A DNA stretch of 64,000 bases from Eledone cirrhosa (GCA_964016885.1 OZ024757.1:14322001-14386000); one strand, 5' to 3'; shown: positions 38,084 to 52,117, counted from the first letter of the stretch. A program made the numbers and translations. Notes: a model not told the origin generated them from the sequence alone.

Positions 38084-39839
38084 ATAATAATAATTGTTTC
38101 TACTTTAGGCACAAGGCCAGCAATTACCCAGTGCATTACTGGTACTTTATTTTATCGACCCCGTAAGGATGAAAGGCAAAGTCAACCTCGGCGGGATTTG
38201 AACTCAGATCGTAAAGGGACGTAACTATGCTGGAAAGCATGGCGTCCGACCCTCTACTGATACTGCCAATCCACCGCCCTTCAAAATCCATACCCCTAAT
38301 AATAATAATTGTTTCTACTTTTGGCACAAGGCCAGCAATTATCCCAGTGTATTACTGGTACTTTATTTTATCAATGATTGTTTCTACTTTAAACAAGAGG
38401 TCAGCAATTTGAAGGGGAGGGGAAAGTCGATTAAATCAACCCCAGTACATTACTGGTACTTTATTTTATCGACCCCGTAAGGATGAACGGCAAAGTTAAC
38501 CTCGGCGGGATTTGAACTCAAACTCGATAATAATTGTTTCTACTTTAGGCACAAGGCCAGCAATTACCCAGTGCATTACTGGTACTTTATTTTATCGACC
38601 CCGTAAGGATGAAAGGCAAAGTTAACCTCGGCGGGATTTGAACTCAAACTCGATAATAATGATAATAAATAATGATGATGATATTGTGAGTCTGCTGGTA
38701 GGAACCAATACACCATATGAAAAACATCAAAGACTACTTTTCATATGAATTTGCAAAACCTTGTTTAATTCTCAATGTCATGCACAAAGACACACACACT
38801 TTTGTAAAATCTTTCTCTCTCTTGCAAATTCCCTCCCAACCATATTGAATTTTTATTTATTCATTTATCACAACAATGTTTCAAAATAGAAAACAATAAA
38901 TATTAAATATTCTAAAATAACTTGCAGAAGTATCATTTGTTGCCAAAAAAACCCACATGATAATTTTGTAAAATTGAAAGATTTTTTTTTTTTTTGTTTC
39001 AAAAACTCCATAAGATATGTGCAGATTTTTTTTTTTTCTTATGTTTTTTTTTTTTACATATATATATATATATATTTATTTATTTTTCTATTTAAAAGTT
39101 TATCAATGTTTTACAAGTTGTGGTATACCTTGAAATAAATTATGTGCAGAAGTGAATATGTTTATCAGTGATTAATAATAATAATAATAATGATTTCTAG
39201 TATAGGCACAAGGCCAGTAATTTGGGGGTAGAGGAAAGTCGATTAAATCGACCCCAGTGTGTTACTGGTACTTTATTTTTATTGACACCTTAAAGATGAA
39301 AGGCAAAGTTAACCTTGGCGGGATTTGAACTCAGAATGTAATGGGCCGTAACTCTTTGCCGTGAAGCATAGTGTCAGGCGCTCTACTGATACTGCCAATC
39401 CACCACCCTTGTAATAAAAATAATAATAATAATTGTTTCTACTTTAGGCACAAGGCCAGCAATTTTGGGGGAGGAAAGTTGATTAAATCAACCCCAGTAC
39501 ATTACTGGTACTTTATTTCATTGACCACCCCTCTCAATGATTAATAATAATGATACCAACAATAATAACAGTTGTATACATCTGTTTTCCTTCCTTCTCC
39601 ATATATCATTAGCCACTAACTCCCCCACCCCACCTATTCACACACACAAAAAAAAACAAAACAAAGTCAGAATTAAATAAATGGTGTGTATCACATAGAA
39701 TTGTCAAATAACCAGTGATAATGTGTGAATACATCAAGTAAGACAAATTTTTATTTAATTTTAAAAATGAAAAGAAAGGAATTTTTTAATTTTCTATTTA
39801 TACTTTTTATTTTTTTCAGTGGGAACAAAATATGTCTGT

Positions 39840-40860
39840 TTTGTTGTTGTTGTTATTATTTCCATTATTATTTTCATTAGGTATCATTACTGTTTCACTG
39901 AGCACAGCTCTGTGAGCCTTGGGTATGTGCAGTGTAGTTTTTGTTGATGCTGTTTCTATTGTATTGATAGTACTTTTCGTAATATGTATGCAGTACCTAG
40001 TAGTGCTATCTTTTGTATGCTGTATATATTTGTAAGTCCTGTGGTACTCTATATAATATATATACAGTACCTAGTAGTGCTATCTTCTGTATGTTGTATA
40101 TATTTGTAAGTCCTGTGGTACTCTATATAATATATATACAGTACCTAGTAGTGCTATCTTTTGTATGCTGTATATATTTGTAAGTCCTGTGGTACTCTAT
40201 ATAATATATATACAGTACCTAGTAGTGCTATCTTTTGTATGCTGTATATATTTGTAAGTCCTGTGGTACTCTATATAATATATATACAGTACCTAGTAGT
40301 GCTATCTTTTGTATGCTGTATATATTTGTAAGTCCTGTGGTACTCTATATAATGTATATATAAAGTACCTAGTAGTACTATTTTTTGTACACTGTATATA
40401 TTTGTAAGTCCTGTGGTACTCTATATAATGTATATATACAGTACCTAGTAATGCTATCTTCTGTATGCTGTATATAGTTGTAAGTCCGTAGTACGCTATA
40501 TAATATATATGCAGTACCTAGTAGTGCTATCTTTTGTATACTGTATATATTTGTAAGTCCTGTGGTACTCTATATAATGTATATATAAAGTACCTAATAG
40601 TACTATTTTTTTGTATGCTGTATTTAGTTGTAAGTCCTGTGGTACTCTATATAATATATATACAGTACCTAATAGTGCTATCTTCTGTATGCTGTATATA
40701 GTTGTAAGTCCGTAGTACGCTATATAATATATATGCAGTACCTAGTAGTGCTATCTTTTGTATACTGTATATAGTTGTAAGTCCTGGGGCTTTGGTTATG
40801 TATTTGTCTGTGTATTTTTTTATCATTCCCAGAGCACCTATTATTATAGGCATTGTTTAT
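39840..40860 (-). mobile_element. R4/Dong-like non-LTR element 3' end with internal ~74-bp tandem amplification (~11 copies, 39990-40790)
   Basis: PIIIGALG...IQKIALLGTAYIL is the typical RLE C-terminus; unit cagtacctagtagtgctatcttttgtatgctgtatatatttgtaagtcctgtggtactctatataatatatata. Confidence 0.8.
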
Positions 40861-42287
40861 TATTATTATCATTATTATTATATTTATATATCTTCATTGT
40901 TAAATTTGTCTTGCCAATGTGCACTTTTACTCAAGCTTATTGTAAACCCCCACTGTCCCTGTCTTTGTATTGTCCCCTACATGTCGGCCCTTGTGGCCGA
41001 TAAATGAAATCATTATTATTATTATTATTATTGGCAGATCAAACCAGTTTGAAGCCGGTTTTTTGTATTTTTTCTTTAATCACAGTTGTTGACGATGATG
41101 TTATTTTCTGCTTCTTGCACTCGACTATAGTTGTTCTAACCTTTAAAATGGCTGCTTAGAAATAGAATGGTTTCTAACTTAGGCACAAGGCCAGCAATTT
41201 GAGAGGGGAAGGGAGAGGGATGAGTGAAAAGTCAATTGTATGTCGACCCATGTATTATTGACTCTGGAAGGAGATGAAAAGCAAAGTTGACTTTGGTGGG
41301 ATTTGAACTCAGAACACACACAGACAGCCAGCCAGCACGAATACTGCAGAGCATTATAGTTTCGAATTTTGGCACAAGGCCAGCAATTTTTTGGGAAGAG
41401 GAAAGTCGATTATTATCAACCCCAGTACTTGACTTGTTGGGTACTTTATTTTATTGATCCTGGAAGGAGGAAAAGGCTAAGTTTACCTCCCCTCCGCCAA
41501 CAGCGAATACTTGTATCTGATTGGTTAAAAAATTACAAACTGCAATTATTGGAGGTGGGGCGGAATATAAAAACAAAATGTCCGATTCCATCTTGTTAAT
41601 GACCACCAACCAGTCTCCCCCACTCCCTACATTAACACAAAAATCTCCCCCTTTCCTCCACCAATTCCCGCATTAACATAAAGGTAGAACAAAGGAAAAA
41701 AAATAGGATTAGACAATAATTTGGTTAGTTACTCTGTAGAAACAATTCTGCAAGAAGATATATAGGTTCTGGGTCATCATTCTTGCTCCCTCTTACCGAA
41801 AAGAATTTGGTCACGAAACAGGGGTCTGTAGTAAATGCGGGGATCAACTGACTGAGGAAATGGGGTGGGGGGGGGGAGACAGGATGCTAGAAGAGAGGGG
41901 TGTTTTGTATCAAAGATGCATTTTCAATTAAAGTTGGAAAATTATTATATATATTATATATAGAGAGAGAGGTTTATATAGGAAAGGCTTCTACAGGACT
42001 AGAACTGTTTCATTTGTATGAAATCATCAGGGCATTCCTGATGATTTCATAGGAATTAAACATTAGAAGCCTTCTCTATATAAACTTCTGTCATCCCTCT
42101 ACACATGTATTGAGTACCTTATATACTGTGGTTACCCCCACTTCAACTCTGGATCAACATATATATACATATATATATATACATACCTTTTATAGAAATT
42201 GAGTAACTGACGTAAGCTGTAATAACATCAAACTGTACTGGCAAGGTTTTCTATAGAAATGACTGGTTAATCTAATGTAGAAATAAA

Positions 42288-42292
<5 letters not shown>

Positions 42293-42321
<29 letters not shown>

Positions 42322-42659
42322 TATATATATATATATATATGTACATATATATATATATATATGTACATATATATATATATATGTACATATATATATATAT
42401 ATACATACATATGTATATGTATGTATATATAGATATGTATACGTATACATATATATAATACAAAAACATATATACATATACATAAATACATATATATATA
42501 TATATATATATACATATAAATATACATATATATATATATACAAATATACATATATATATATACATATAAATATACATATATATATATATATATATATACA
42601 TATATACATACATACATATACATATAAATATACATATATATACATATATACATACATAC

Positions 42660-42702
<43 letters not shown>

Positions 42703-42975
42703 TATAAATATACATATATATATAAATATATATATATATATACATATATATATAAATATATATATATATATACATATATATAAATATACATATATATAAA
42801 TATACATATATATAAATATATACATATATATAAATATATACATATACATATATATATACATATACATATATATATACATACATATACATATATATATATA
42901 TACATACATATACATATATATATACATATACATATATATATATATATTCAGAGCCATATCCATATATATATATAT
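42293..42975. repeat. (TA)n-derived compound microsatellite (similar tracts 32300-32945, 35780-36255, 51920-52360, 60510-60803, 61410-61903)
   Basis: Directly visible low-complexity sequence. Confidence 0.95.
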
Positions 42976-43879
42976 TTAGTTTCGCTTAGAGATCTGGTTC
43001 TGCGGTTAAACCAATGGGCTTTGTCGGCAGCTTGGTATAAATATGGGACCGACTAATTTCTTCCTTCATTAATGACTCATCAGGGACCACATTTCTCTCC
43101 CTACCAAGCTGCTGAATGATAGTAACTCAAAGCTAACTTATTAAAACGGAAACAAGAATTAACCCGGCTGATATTATTTAAAAAAAACAAAAAAAGACGA
43201 TAATTATTTCTACTTTTGTGCACAAGGCCAATAATTACCCCAGTGCATTACTGGTACTTTATTTTATCGACCCCGTAAGGATGAAAGGCAATGTTAACGT
43301 CAGCGGGATTTGAACTCAGAACGTAAAGGGCCATAACTCTATGCTTCAAAGCATGGTGTCTGACGCTCTACCGATACTGCCAATCCACTGCCCTATAAAA
43401 AAAAACAATAATGGAAAGCAATATTATTCTTTTAGGATATGTCCTAATAGCTTTATCTCCTTACACCCTGTAATAATTTAGCAGAAAATATGTAAAAAAA
43501 CTGGTGTTAATTCAAATGTTTATAGTATCTTTACTAGTGGACAATTCATTGTGAAAATTTACATTATTACTGTAAAGACTTTAATCATTAATGTGATGCA
43601 GTCATAGAGATATTTTATATGTTTTAAGAATGTCCTTACTAATGCAGTTTCATATGGTTTGTCGTATCCTTGCTAGTAGACAGCTCATTATGAAAATTTA
43701 TATTATTAGAGTAAAGACTTTAATAATTTCATGTGATGTAGCCATAGTGCTGTTTTATACATTTCAAGAATGTTTTGCTAATGCTGTTTCACGTGGTACA
43801 GGATAGGACATTAAGAGCTAATGTAAATTCTGTGTTTGTTAAATTGTTATATAAACCAAGAAAGAAATGACAAGTTTCT

Positions 43880-44690
43880 CTACACATACACACACAGATG
43901 CACAACTACATACATACACACATGCATATATACATATGTACACACATGCATATATACATACATACACACATGCATATATACATACATACACACATGCACA
44001 ACTACATACATACACACATGCATATATACATACATACACACATGCATATATACATACACACATGCATATATAGATACATACACACATGCATATATACATA
44101 CATACACACATGCATATATACATACATACACACATGCACAACTACATACATACACATGCATATATAGATACATACACACATGCATATATACATACATACA
44201 CACATGCACAACTACATACATACACACATGCATATATACATACGTACACACATGCATATATACATACATACACACATGCATATATACATACATACACACA
44301 TGCACAACTACATACATACACACATGCATATATACATACATACACACATGCACAACTACATACATACACACATGCATATATACATACATACACACATGCA
44401 CAACTACATACATACATGCATATATACATACATACACACACACAACTACATACATACACACATGCATATATACATACATACACACATGCACAACTACATA
44501 CATACACATATGCATATATACATACATACACACATGCATATATACATACATACACACATGCATATATACATACACACATGCATATATAGATACATACACA
44601 CATGCATATATACATACATATACACATGCATATATACATACACACATGCATATATACATACACACATGCATATGTACATACGTACATAGA
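43880..44690. repeat. Higher-order microsatellite-derived array (catgcatatatacatacatacaca / catgcacaactacatacatacaca units)
   Basis: Directly visible ~20-24 bp units. Confidence 0.9.
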
Positions 44691-45731
44691 GGATAGGGTT
44701 GTATATGGATGAATATTAAATAAACAAAACTAAAGGTTTACTGTACACACAGATCCAATCTATTTGAGGACAAGACAAACTACTAGTAATAGTAATAGTG
44801 GTGGTTGTATGACACAGAAACACCAGAGAGCTAAGTGATGCTACTGTATGTATAGCTACAATATAGAACTGAAACCCATGTAAATAATATCGCTTTTATT
44901 GTTCTTTCATATTTTTTTCTTTTGCCAGGTTTCCAAATAAATCATCGTTTGAGACAATAGAAAGAATATATATATATATAAATAATAATAATAATAATAA
45001 TTATAATGACAATGCTTTCTGATTTAGGCACAAGGCCAACACATTTTGGGGGGAGGGGGGAAAGTTGATTAAATCGACCCCAGTGTGTTACTGGTACTTT
45101 ATTTTATCGGCCCCGTAAGGATGAAAGGCAAAGCTAACCTCGGGCGGGATTTGAAATTCAGAACGTGAAGGGCCGTAACCCTATGCCGCAAAGCAAGTTG
45201 TCCGACACTCTACCGATACTGCTAACCAAATAATAATAATAATAATGATAGTAATAATAAACAACAACAATATAAATAAATTAATTAGATGTCAAACATG
45301 AATTTGTTTCGCAGGAAAGAAAAGCTCAACATCGGTGGGACGAATAATGGAGGAGGAATATCTATAGAGGGGTGGTAGAATGAGGGGTGAGAGAGAGAGT
45401 AAGAGACAGAGAGAGAGGCTCACTAGATGGTGGGTTCTACTCTATTATATTTGATATCATTCTCCAAGTATTTCACACAGCTGCAGGCTACCTCTTAATT
45501 TTAATTTTAATTTTACTTTATTTAAAATTATTTTTTTTTACGTGTTTTTTTCTTCTTTTTTGTCCTTCTAAAATAAAAAAAAAAAAAAAAGAAGGGGTCA
45601 GGGTGTAATTTAAATTGTTCCTCTTCGTGTAGCAAGTTAAGTGATGTGTGGTTTTTTTGTGAGCCTTTTTGAGGAATCTTTTTTTTTCGAAAAAAAAAAG
45701 CCAAAAAAAAATACACCAAAAAAAAAAAAAA

Positions 45732-45903
45732 TTATTCAAGCATTCCATCTTCGTACAAAAGAGCCTCGAGGTTCCCGCTTCGCTTCAAAACACTTCGCAA
45801 GTCTGTAGAGGGCCCTTCATCATCGTCATGGAAAGCTAAGAGAGAACCACTAACATCAGTGGCCTGCTGAAAAGAACTGAAGTCTGGAGAACATGATGGT
45901 CGC
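45732..45903 (-). CDS. Terminal coding exon of an unidentified minus-strand gene (…RRPSCSPDF…TDLRSVLKRSGNLEALLYEDGMLE*)
   Basis: Acceptor tctctccag| after a long pyrimidine tract; phase 2 matches the upstream exon; TAA stop followed by U-rich UTR-like sequence. Confidence 0.75.
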
Positions 45904-45906
45904 CTG

Positions 45907-46300
45907 GAGAGAGAGAATGAAAGAGTGAGAGAAAGGGTGAGTAGAAAAAAGAGAGAATGAGGGAGAGAGAGAGAAAGGGGGAGGTAGAAAAAAGAGAGAA
46001 TGAGGGAGAGAGAGAAAGGGGGAGGTAGAAAAATGAGTATGAGAGAAAGAGAAAGGGGGAGGTAGAACAAAGAGAGTATGAGGGAGAGAGAGAAAGGGGG
46101 AGGTAGAAAAAAGAGAGAATGAGGGAGAGAGAGAAAGGGCGAGGTAGAAAAATGAGTATGAGAGAAAGAGAAAGGGGGGAGGTAGAAAAATGAGTATGAG
46201 AGAAAGAGAAAGGGGGAGGTAGAAAAAAGAGAGAATGAGGGAGAGAGAGAAAGAGGGAGGTAGAAAAAAGAGAGAATGAGGGAGAGAGAGAAAGAGACAG
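45907..46300. repeat. Purine/pyrimidine minisatellite forming the acceptor's polypyrimidine tract
   Basis: Units gagagaatgagggagagagagaaagggggaggtagaaaaaa. Confidence 0.9.
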
Positions 46301-46515
46301 AAAAAGAGATTTGTTTTTTTAACCAGTACAGTTGGCAGCAAATTGACAAAGCAAAGATGTGAGGTAAGACAGCTGAGATCCTGGTCAGGGGGTTCAATCT
46401 TGGTTAGGATCTGTACATACAAGGTCTTGCTAAATGTTTTTCACTTTTTATTTCATCAATATTTTACTGGGAATAAAAAGCGAAAATGTTTAGTATGACC
46501 GCCCTAGGTATAGAC

Positions 46516-46809
46516 CGGGCATGGGCAATCTTTTTCGAAAAGCGGGCCACATGAGATATGGCTCATCATCAGGTGGGCCACAAGTGCTAATTTACATTCG
46601 TGCCCACATTAAAAAAAAAAGGGCGGTAACTCAGGCTGTTTTGATTTGTTTCTTCAGAATTCGTACACGTTGTTTTCCTCGATTGTAAAAATGATGGAAA
46701 GATAAATTACGACTGAAAAGTTGGGGTAAAAGAATCAGAAAGATTTCACTTAGGTGACTTAGGCGAGCCATTCAGAAAGCTTCGCGGGCCACAGGTTTGC
46801 CCATGACTG
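46516..46809. mobile_element. hAT-like MITE (second copy ~62938-63219)
   Basis: TIRs cgggcatgggcaa / ttgcccatgactg; imperfect 8-bp TSD gtatagac / gtaaagat. Confidence 0.7.
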
Positions 46810-46909
46810 GTAAAGATCTTAACTGAGATTGAATTAACCCCTGATCAGGATCTCAGCCACCTTACCACAAGATAATTCACCACAAAACAAACAAATAAAT
46901 AAATAAATA

Positions 46910-47457
46910 CAAGGGTGGGCTGAAAAGTTCACAGGCTGACTATGAAGGAGTGATGCTAGAGATGCAAAATCTTGCATGCATTAATTACAACTCTTCTTAT
47001 TAATAACTACATTGTTTCTTTCCTGGGACTATGTTGAAAAATAAACCCCATTTAGTCATTTCATGAGAGTATCTTGGTCAGACTATGAAGAATTGATGCT
47101 AGAGATGCGAAATCTTGCATGTATTAATTACAACTCTTCTTATTAAATAACTACATTGTTATTAATCACGGTCACCCAACCCCACTTACCTCAAATGGGA
47201 CAAACCCGTCTAACCCATGCTAGCTAGGAAGATAGACGTTAAATGATGATGATGATGATGATGATAAAGGTGATGGTGGTGGTGATGATGATGATGATGA
47301 TGCTGCTGATGAGAGTGCTGATGATGATGATGATGGCGATGATGATGATGATTGTTTCTTTCCGGGTACTATGTTGAAAGAAAAAATAAACCTCACTTGG
47401 TCACATCCCATGAGAGTATCTTAGTCAGGCTATGAACTTTTCAGCAGCTGACCCTCG
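46910..47457. mobile_element. mariner-like MITE with internal duplication and inserted RTE-type tail
   Basis: TA-flanked TIRs caagggtgggctgaaaagttcacag / ctatgaacttttcagc...accctcg. Confidence 0.6.
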
Positions 47458-47509
47458 TAAACAAAAGCAAAACGCTACAACTTTTTAAACATTTTACCCC
47501 CTTACTTAC

Positions 47510-47818
47510 CTTTTTGATATAGGGCTCTGGACATGCGGAACAGAACCCATTTCAAATAAATTAATTCTATCTCGAACAGCAGGAGCTTCTAACTGGGAAT
47601 AATCGATTTCCTCATCCTCGTCACCTGATGATTCCGAGAAATCGGATTCCTCATCGGACTCATACATGGTCATGTGACTAAACATCATTGACAAGATCCT
47701 TGCTGTCACCTGGTCTTGACATTTCTTTGCTAGTTCAGTTTTAGTGTTCTCTTCATAGAATTCATCGAGTTCCTTCTCACCTTCGTCATCTATTTCTTCA
47801 GCATATTTAGGGAGGGGG
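47510..47818 (-). CDS. Internal coding exon of the minus-strand gene (PLPKYAEEIDDEGEKELDEF…VRDRINLFEMGSVPHVQSPISK)
   Basis: tttctgcag| acceptor, AAG|GTAAGT donor, 309 bp open frame, phase 2-2. Confidence 0.8.
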
Positions 47819-47929
47819 CTGCAGAAAGGTTCACAGAAAAAAAGAGGGGAGAGAGAGAGAAAGAATAGAAATTAGTTTGGTGGTTGTTGTTGTTTTTCTT
47901 GTTTTTTTTTTGGGGGGGGGGTGACAAAT

Positions 47930-48522
47930 AACAGGTGAGATTGGTGAAGGTAAGGTAACAGGTGAGATAGATGAAGATAATACAGAATCCAGGTGAGATT
48001 GATGAAGGTAAGGTAACAGGTGAGATTGGTGAAGGTAATATAGAATCCAGGTGTGATAGATGAAGGTAAGGTAACAGGTGATACTGATGAAGGTAATACA
48101 GAATCCAGGTGTGATAGATGAAGGTAAGGTAACAGGTGATACTGATGAAGGTAATACAGAATCCAGGTGTGATAGATGAAGGTAAGGTAACAGGTGATAC
48201 TGATGAAGGTAATACAGAATCCAGGTGTGATAGATGAAGGTAAGGTAACAGGTGAGATTGGTGAAGGTAAGGTAACAGGTGATACTGATGAAGGTAAGGT
48301 AACAGGTGATACTGATGAAGGTAAGGTAACAGGTGAGTTAGATGAAGGTAAGGTAACAGGTGAGATAGATGAAGGTAAGGTAACAGGTGAGTTAGATGAA
48401 GGTAAGGTAACAGGTGAGATAGATGAAGGTAAGGTAACAGGTGAGATAGATGAAGATAATATAGAACCCAGGTGAGGTAGACGAAGGTAATACAGAATCC
48501 AGGTGAAATAGATGAAGGTAAC
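47930..48522. repeat. 27/30-bp compound minisatellite just upstream of the 47818 acceptor
   Basis: Units gatgaaggtaaggtaacaggtgagata and gatgaaggtaatacagaatccaggtgtgata. Confidence 0.95.
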
Positions 48523-50194
48523 AATGATGATAATCAATGTAGATGCAGTAAACTGTATATATATATATAGGGGTTCAAAGTATTACCCCCTCCCCCCGAC
48601 CCCAACACACATAAGGATCTAGGGTCAACTTACAGCGGTCCACTTTCCTTTCTCTTTTGTTTGGCTGCTTGAATGAGACTGGAGAATGGGTCATTTTTGC
48701 ATTGTTCGTCTTCCTTAGGCCTAAAACGATGAACGACATATGGTAAGGTTGCCAGATGATTTATTCAAATACAGAAATAAAATCTTAAAAGAAAACAATT
48801 TCTTCATTAAAAAAATTTTTTTTTTAATGTATAAACTGAATTTGCTTAAATTTTAATATATTTTAGATAAAAAAATTCCAAAAGCAAATAAAACATTAGA
48901 TGACAATAATTTCATAAGTAAAAAAATATATTTCAGAAAATTAATTTAACCGAATTTGCTAAATTTTAAGTAAAATTTTCAGTAAATGAATGAAAAATGA
49001 AATTTTGATAATCTTTTCTTCATTTTTTTCTTAAATCTAGTAAACCTGAAATTATTAAATTTTAACAGATTTTAAGATAAAAAAAAAAAAAATTCATTTT
49101 TTACTAGTTTCTAAAATGTTATATTTAAAATTTGCTAAATTTTACCAAATTTTTAAAGGCTAAACAAATTATAAAAAAAAAACTTTTCAATCAAGAATGG
49201 GTGGCTAAGAGAATATGTGGTGTTCATACCTTTCACAAAGGCTTTATTAACAGCAATAGTGAAGTAACTAATAGTAAAATAGTTTCTTGTTAATTAAACC
49301 TATAGTGAATCCATTTAATGGACATAGGCATACAATATATATATTTAATGGACATAGGCGTACAAATATATATATATTTTTTTTAAGCCATTTCAGGGAT
49401 ATATATATACACCACCAGGGGTGGAACTAGAGCAGTGAAATTGCACACCTACCCAGCACTCTATGTTTGTCTATGGACCTAAAGATAGTTTAGTGATCTA
49501 TGGACATAAAGATAGTTTAGTGATCCAGCCACCATAGTGTTTCTCAACCATGACAATCAAAGACAGATCATACATCTCACTCTCCGGTGATAGCTTATCT
49601 GACTTGAATAGAAAGTGCTCCTAGTTAAAGTGGTCAAGTGGTGCCCTGTGTCAAGTATCACCCATGGCACAAGCCATGCTTGCCATACCCTAGTTACACA
49701 TCTGTGCATCACACATCATGTGTATGAAGTAGATTTATTTTTGAGGCCATTTCAGAGATATACATAGACCACACACATAGTATATGAGAGGCCATATGAA
49801 GGACATACATACACTACATGTAATGTAGTAACTTGTTGAGGCCATTACAGGAATTCCAAGGATATACATACACTTCACATGTGTTTAACCCTTTAGCATT
49901 TAAACTGACCATATCCAGCCAGAATTCTCTCATCTCTTTCTTTTCAAACCAGCTGTAACTGGCCACTCATATCTACATTAAGGTATTGTTCTCAAAATAA
50001 ATAACATCAAAATCTCGTAGATTCAATATTATGTGAGATAGTATGTGAGGTAAAGCCTTTACCACGAAAATACAATAGTAAATATAGAGTAATGTAAATG
50101 GTAAAGGGTTAAGTGTATTACTTATTGAGGCTATTTCAGGAACACACATAGTGTATAAAATATATTTCTTGTTGACAACATTTCTAGGATACGG

Positions 50195-50225
<31 letters not shown>

Positions 50226-50430
50226 GACAGAGACACACACACACACACACACTTTATTAACTAGATTTGCAATTTGAAGCTATTCTAAAGACATACACCT
50301 ACATACAGTATGTAAAATATTTAAGCTAACATAAAACATATATAAATTAATTAGCAAAGAACTATTTTCAAAACAATTCATAAATTTCACTGGAATATAT
50401 AAAAAAAAACATCAACAAAAACAAGCAACA

Positions 50431-50469
<39 letters not shown>

Positions 50470-50919
50470 CTGTTTCTTTAAAGGGAAAGAACAAATATAT
50501 ATAAAACCAGACACACAAGGAACCTTTCATAGACAAAAATAAACTATAATGAAATCAAGGCAAAAATTAATAATGCCAAAAATGGTAAAAAAAATTATTT
50601 ACATGTCAAAACAAAAACAACATTGAATAAAGCCACAACTTCTAACGAATTCTTTAAAGAACTGTTAATTATTAACATGTATTTCTGTTGTTCAGCCCCA
50701 AATCAGTCACCAAATGAGAAAATCTATGTTCAAAGATGATCCAGCTATGATGGATCAACCATGTTTTACAGATATACTTGTTAAAGTATTTCTTGAGCCT
50801 AGAAGCTTATCAGGCCACAGCCTATTCTGGTTTGATGGTCAGGTGTAAAGTTAAGTCTTCAATTAGTGACTTAAGTCAGATATAGTCACAGACTACATTA
50901 AGATATAGAGTTACTTCAG

Positions 50920-51455
50920 GATCAAATGTGATCAAATGTCACATTAGTTGAGGTTGAGAAGTTGCAGTTAGGTGATGATCAGGGTCTGTAGCCAGGTGTG
51001 GTGTTAGTTAAAGATCAGTCAGTGATCAAATGGAGCATAAGTTAAAAATCAAAGTCTATGGTCAAGTGTGGCTTTAGTTAAAGTCAGAATCTGTGGTCAA
51101 GAGTAGCATTAGTTAAGGGGCAGAATATGTGATCAAATGTGCTTTTCATTAAGGATCAGAATCTGCGCTCAAATGTGGCCTTAGTTAAAGATCAGATTCT
51201 GTGCTCAAATGTGGCCTTATTTAAAGATCAGAATCTGAACTAAAATGTGGCCTTAGTTAAGGAACAGAATCTGTGCTCAAAGATAATCTTAGTTAAGGAA
51301 TAAAATCTCTGGACAAACATAATTTTAGTTATGGAGCAGAGTATGTGGTCATATATGGCCTTAGTTAAAGACCAGAGACTGGTCAAATGGGGTCATAGTT
51401 AAGGGGAAGAGTTTGTGGCCTTAGTTAAAGATCAGAGCCTGTGATCAAGTGTCGA
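50920..51455. repeat. Degenerate ~39-bp intronic minisatellite
   Basis: Unit resembling gtgctcaaatgtggccttagttaaagatcagaatct. Confidence 0.8.
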
Positions 51456-51624
51456 ATTAATCAGGGATAACACTTCAAAATAAAATGGTTAAAAATCAAA
51501 TATTCAGAATAAATATAGAAAATTTAATTAAAAGTTATTAAATCAATTTAAATGTGGGAATAAATTTAAAGGAATTTCATCAACGTTATGTTAAGAAAAG
51601 TCACACAATATATATCCATGTATG

Positions 51625-51665
<41 letters not shown>

Positions 51666-51927
51666 TGACTAATGAGAAAAACTCAACACAAGGGTAGCTG
51701 TTGAAACAGCGAAATGCCATCAATGACATTGGGTAAAAATTACCTCAAAGGACAGAAATCAGTGGATAGAAGTGTGTTGATTTCTGTCCTTTGAGGTAAG
51801 TGTTACCCAACGCTGTTATTGATGCCATTTTGCTGTTTTAACAGCTGTGTTGAGTTTTTCTCATTATTCTATGGACTCTAATACACCTGTACTCCATCTC
51901 TGTCTTCAAAACAATGTTATATATGTA

Positions 51928-52023
<96 letters not shown>

Positions 52024-52117
52024 CATACACATATATATACATATATATATATATATACATACACATATATATATATACATATACATATACATACACATAT
52101 ATATATATACATATACA

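Noticed and set aside
37805-40790. Regular repeats as CRISPR arrays
   Set aside because: No unique spacers, no cas genes, eukaryotic context.
45856-48537. Long Leu/Ser/Pro/Phe-rich ORFs (45856-46422, 47790-48524, 47872-48537, 48194-48475)
   Set aside because: Translations of intronic minisatellites.
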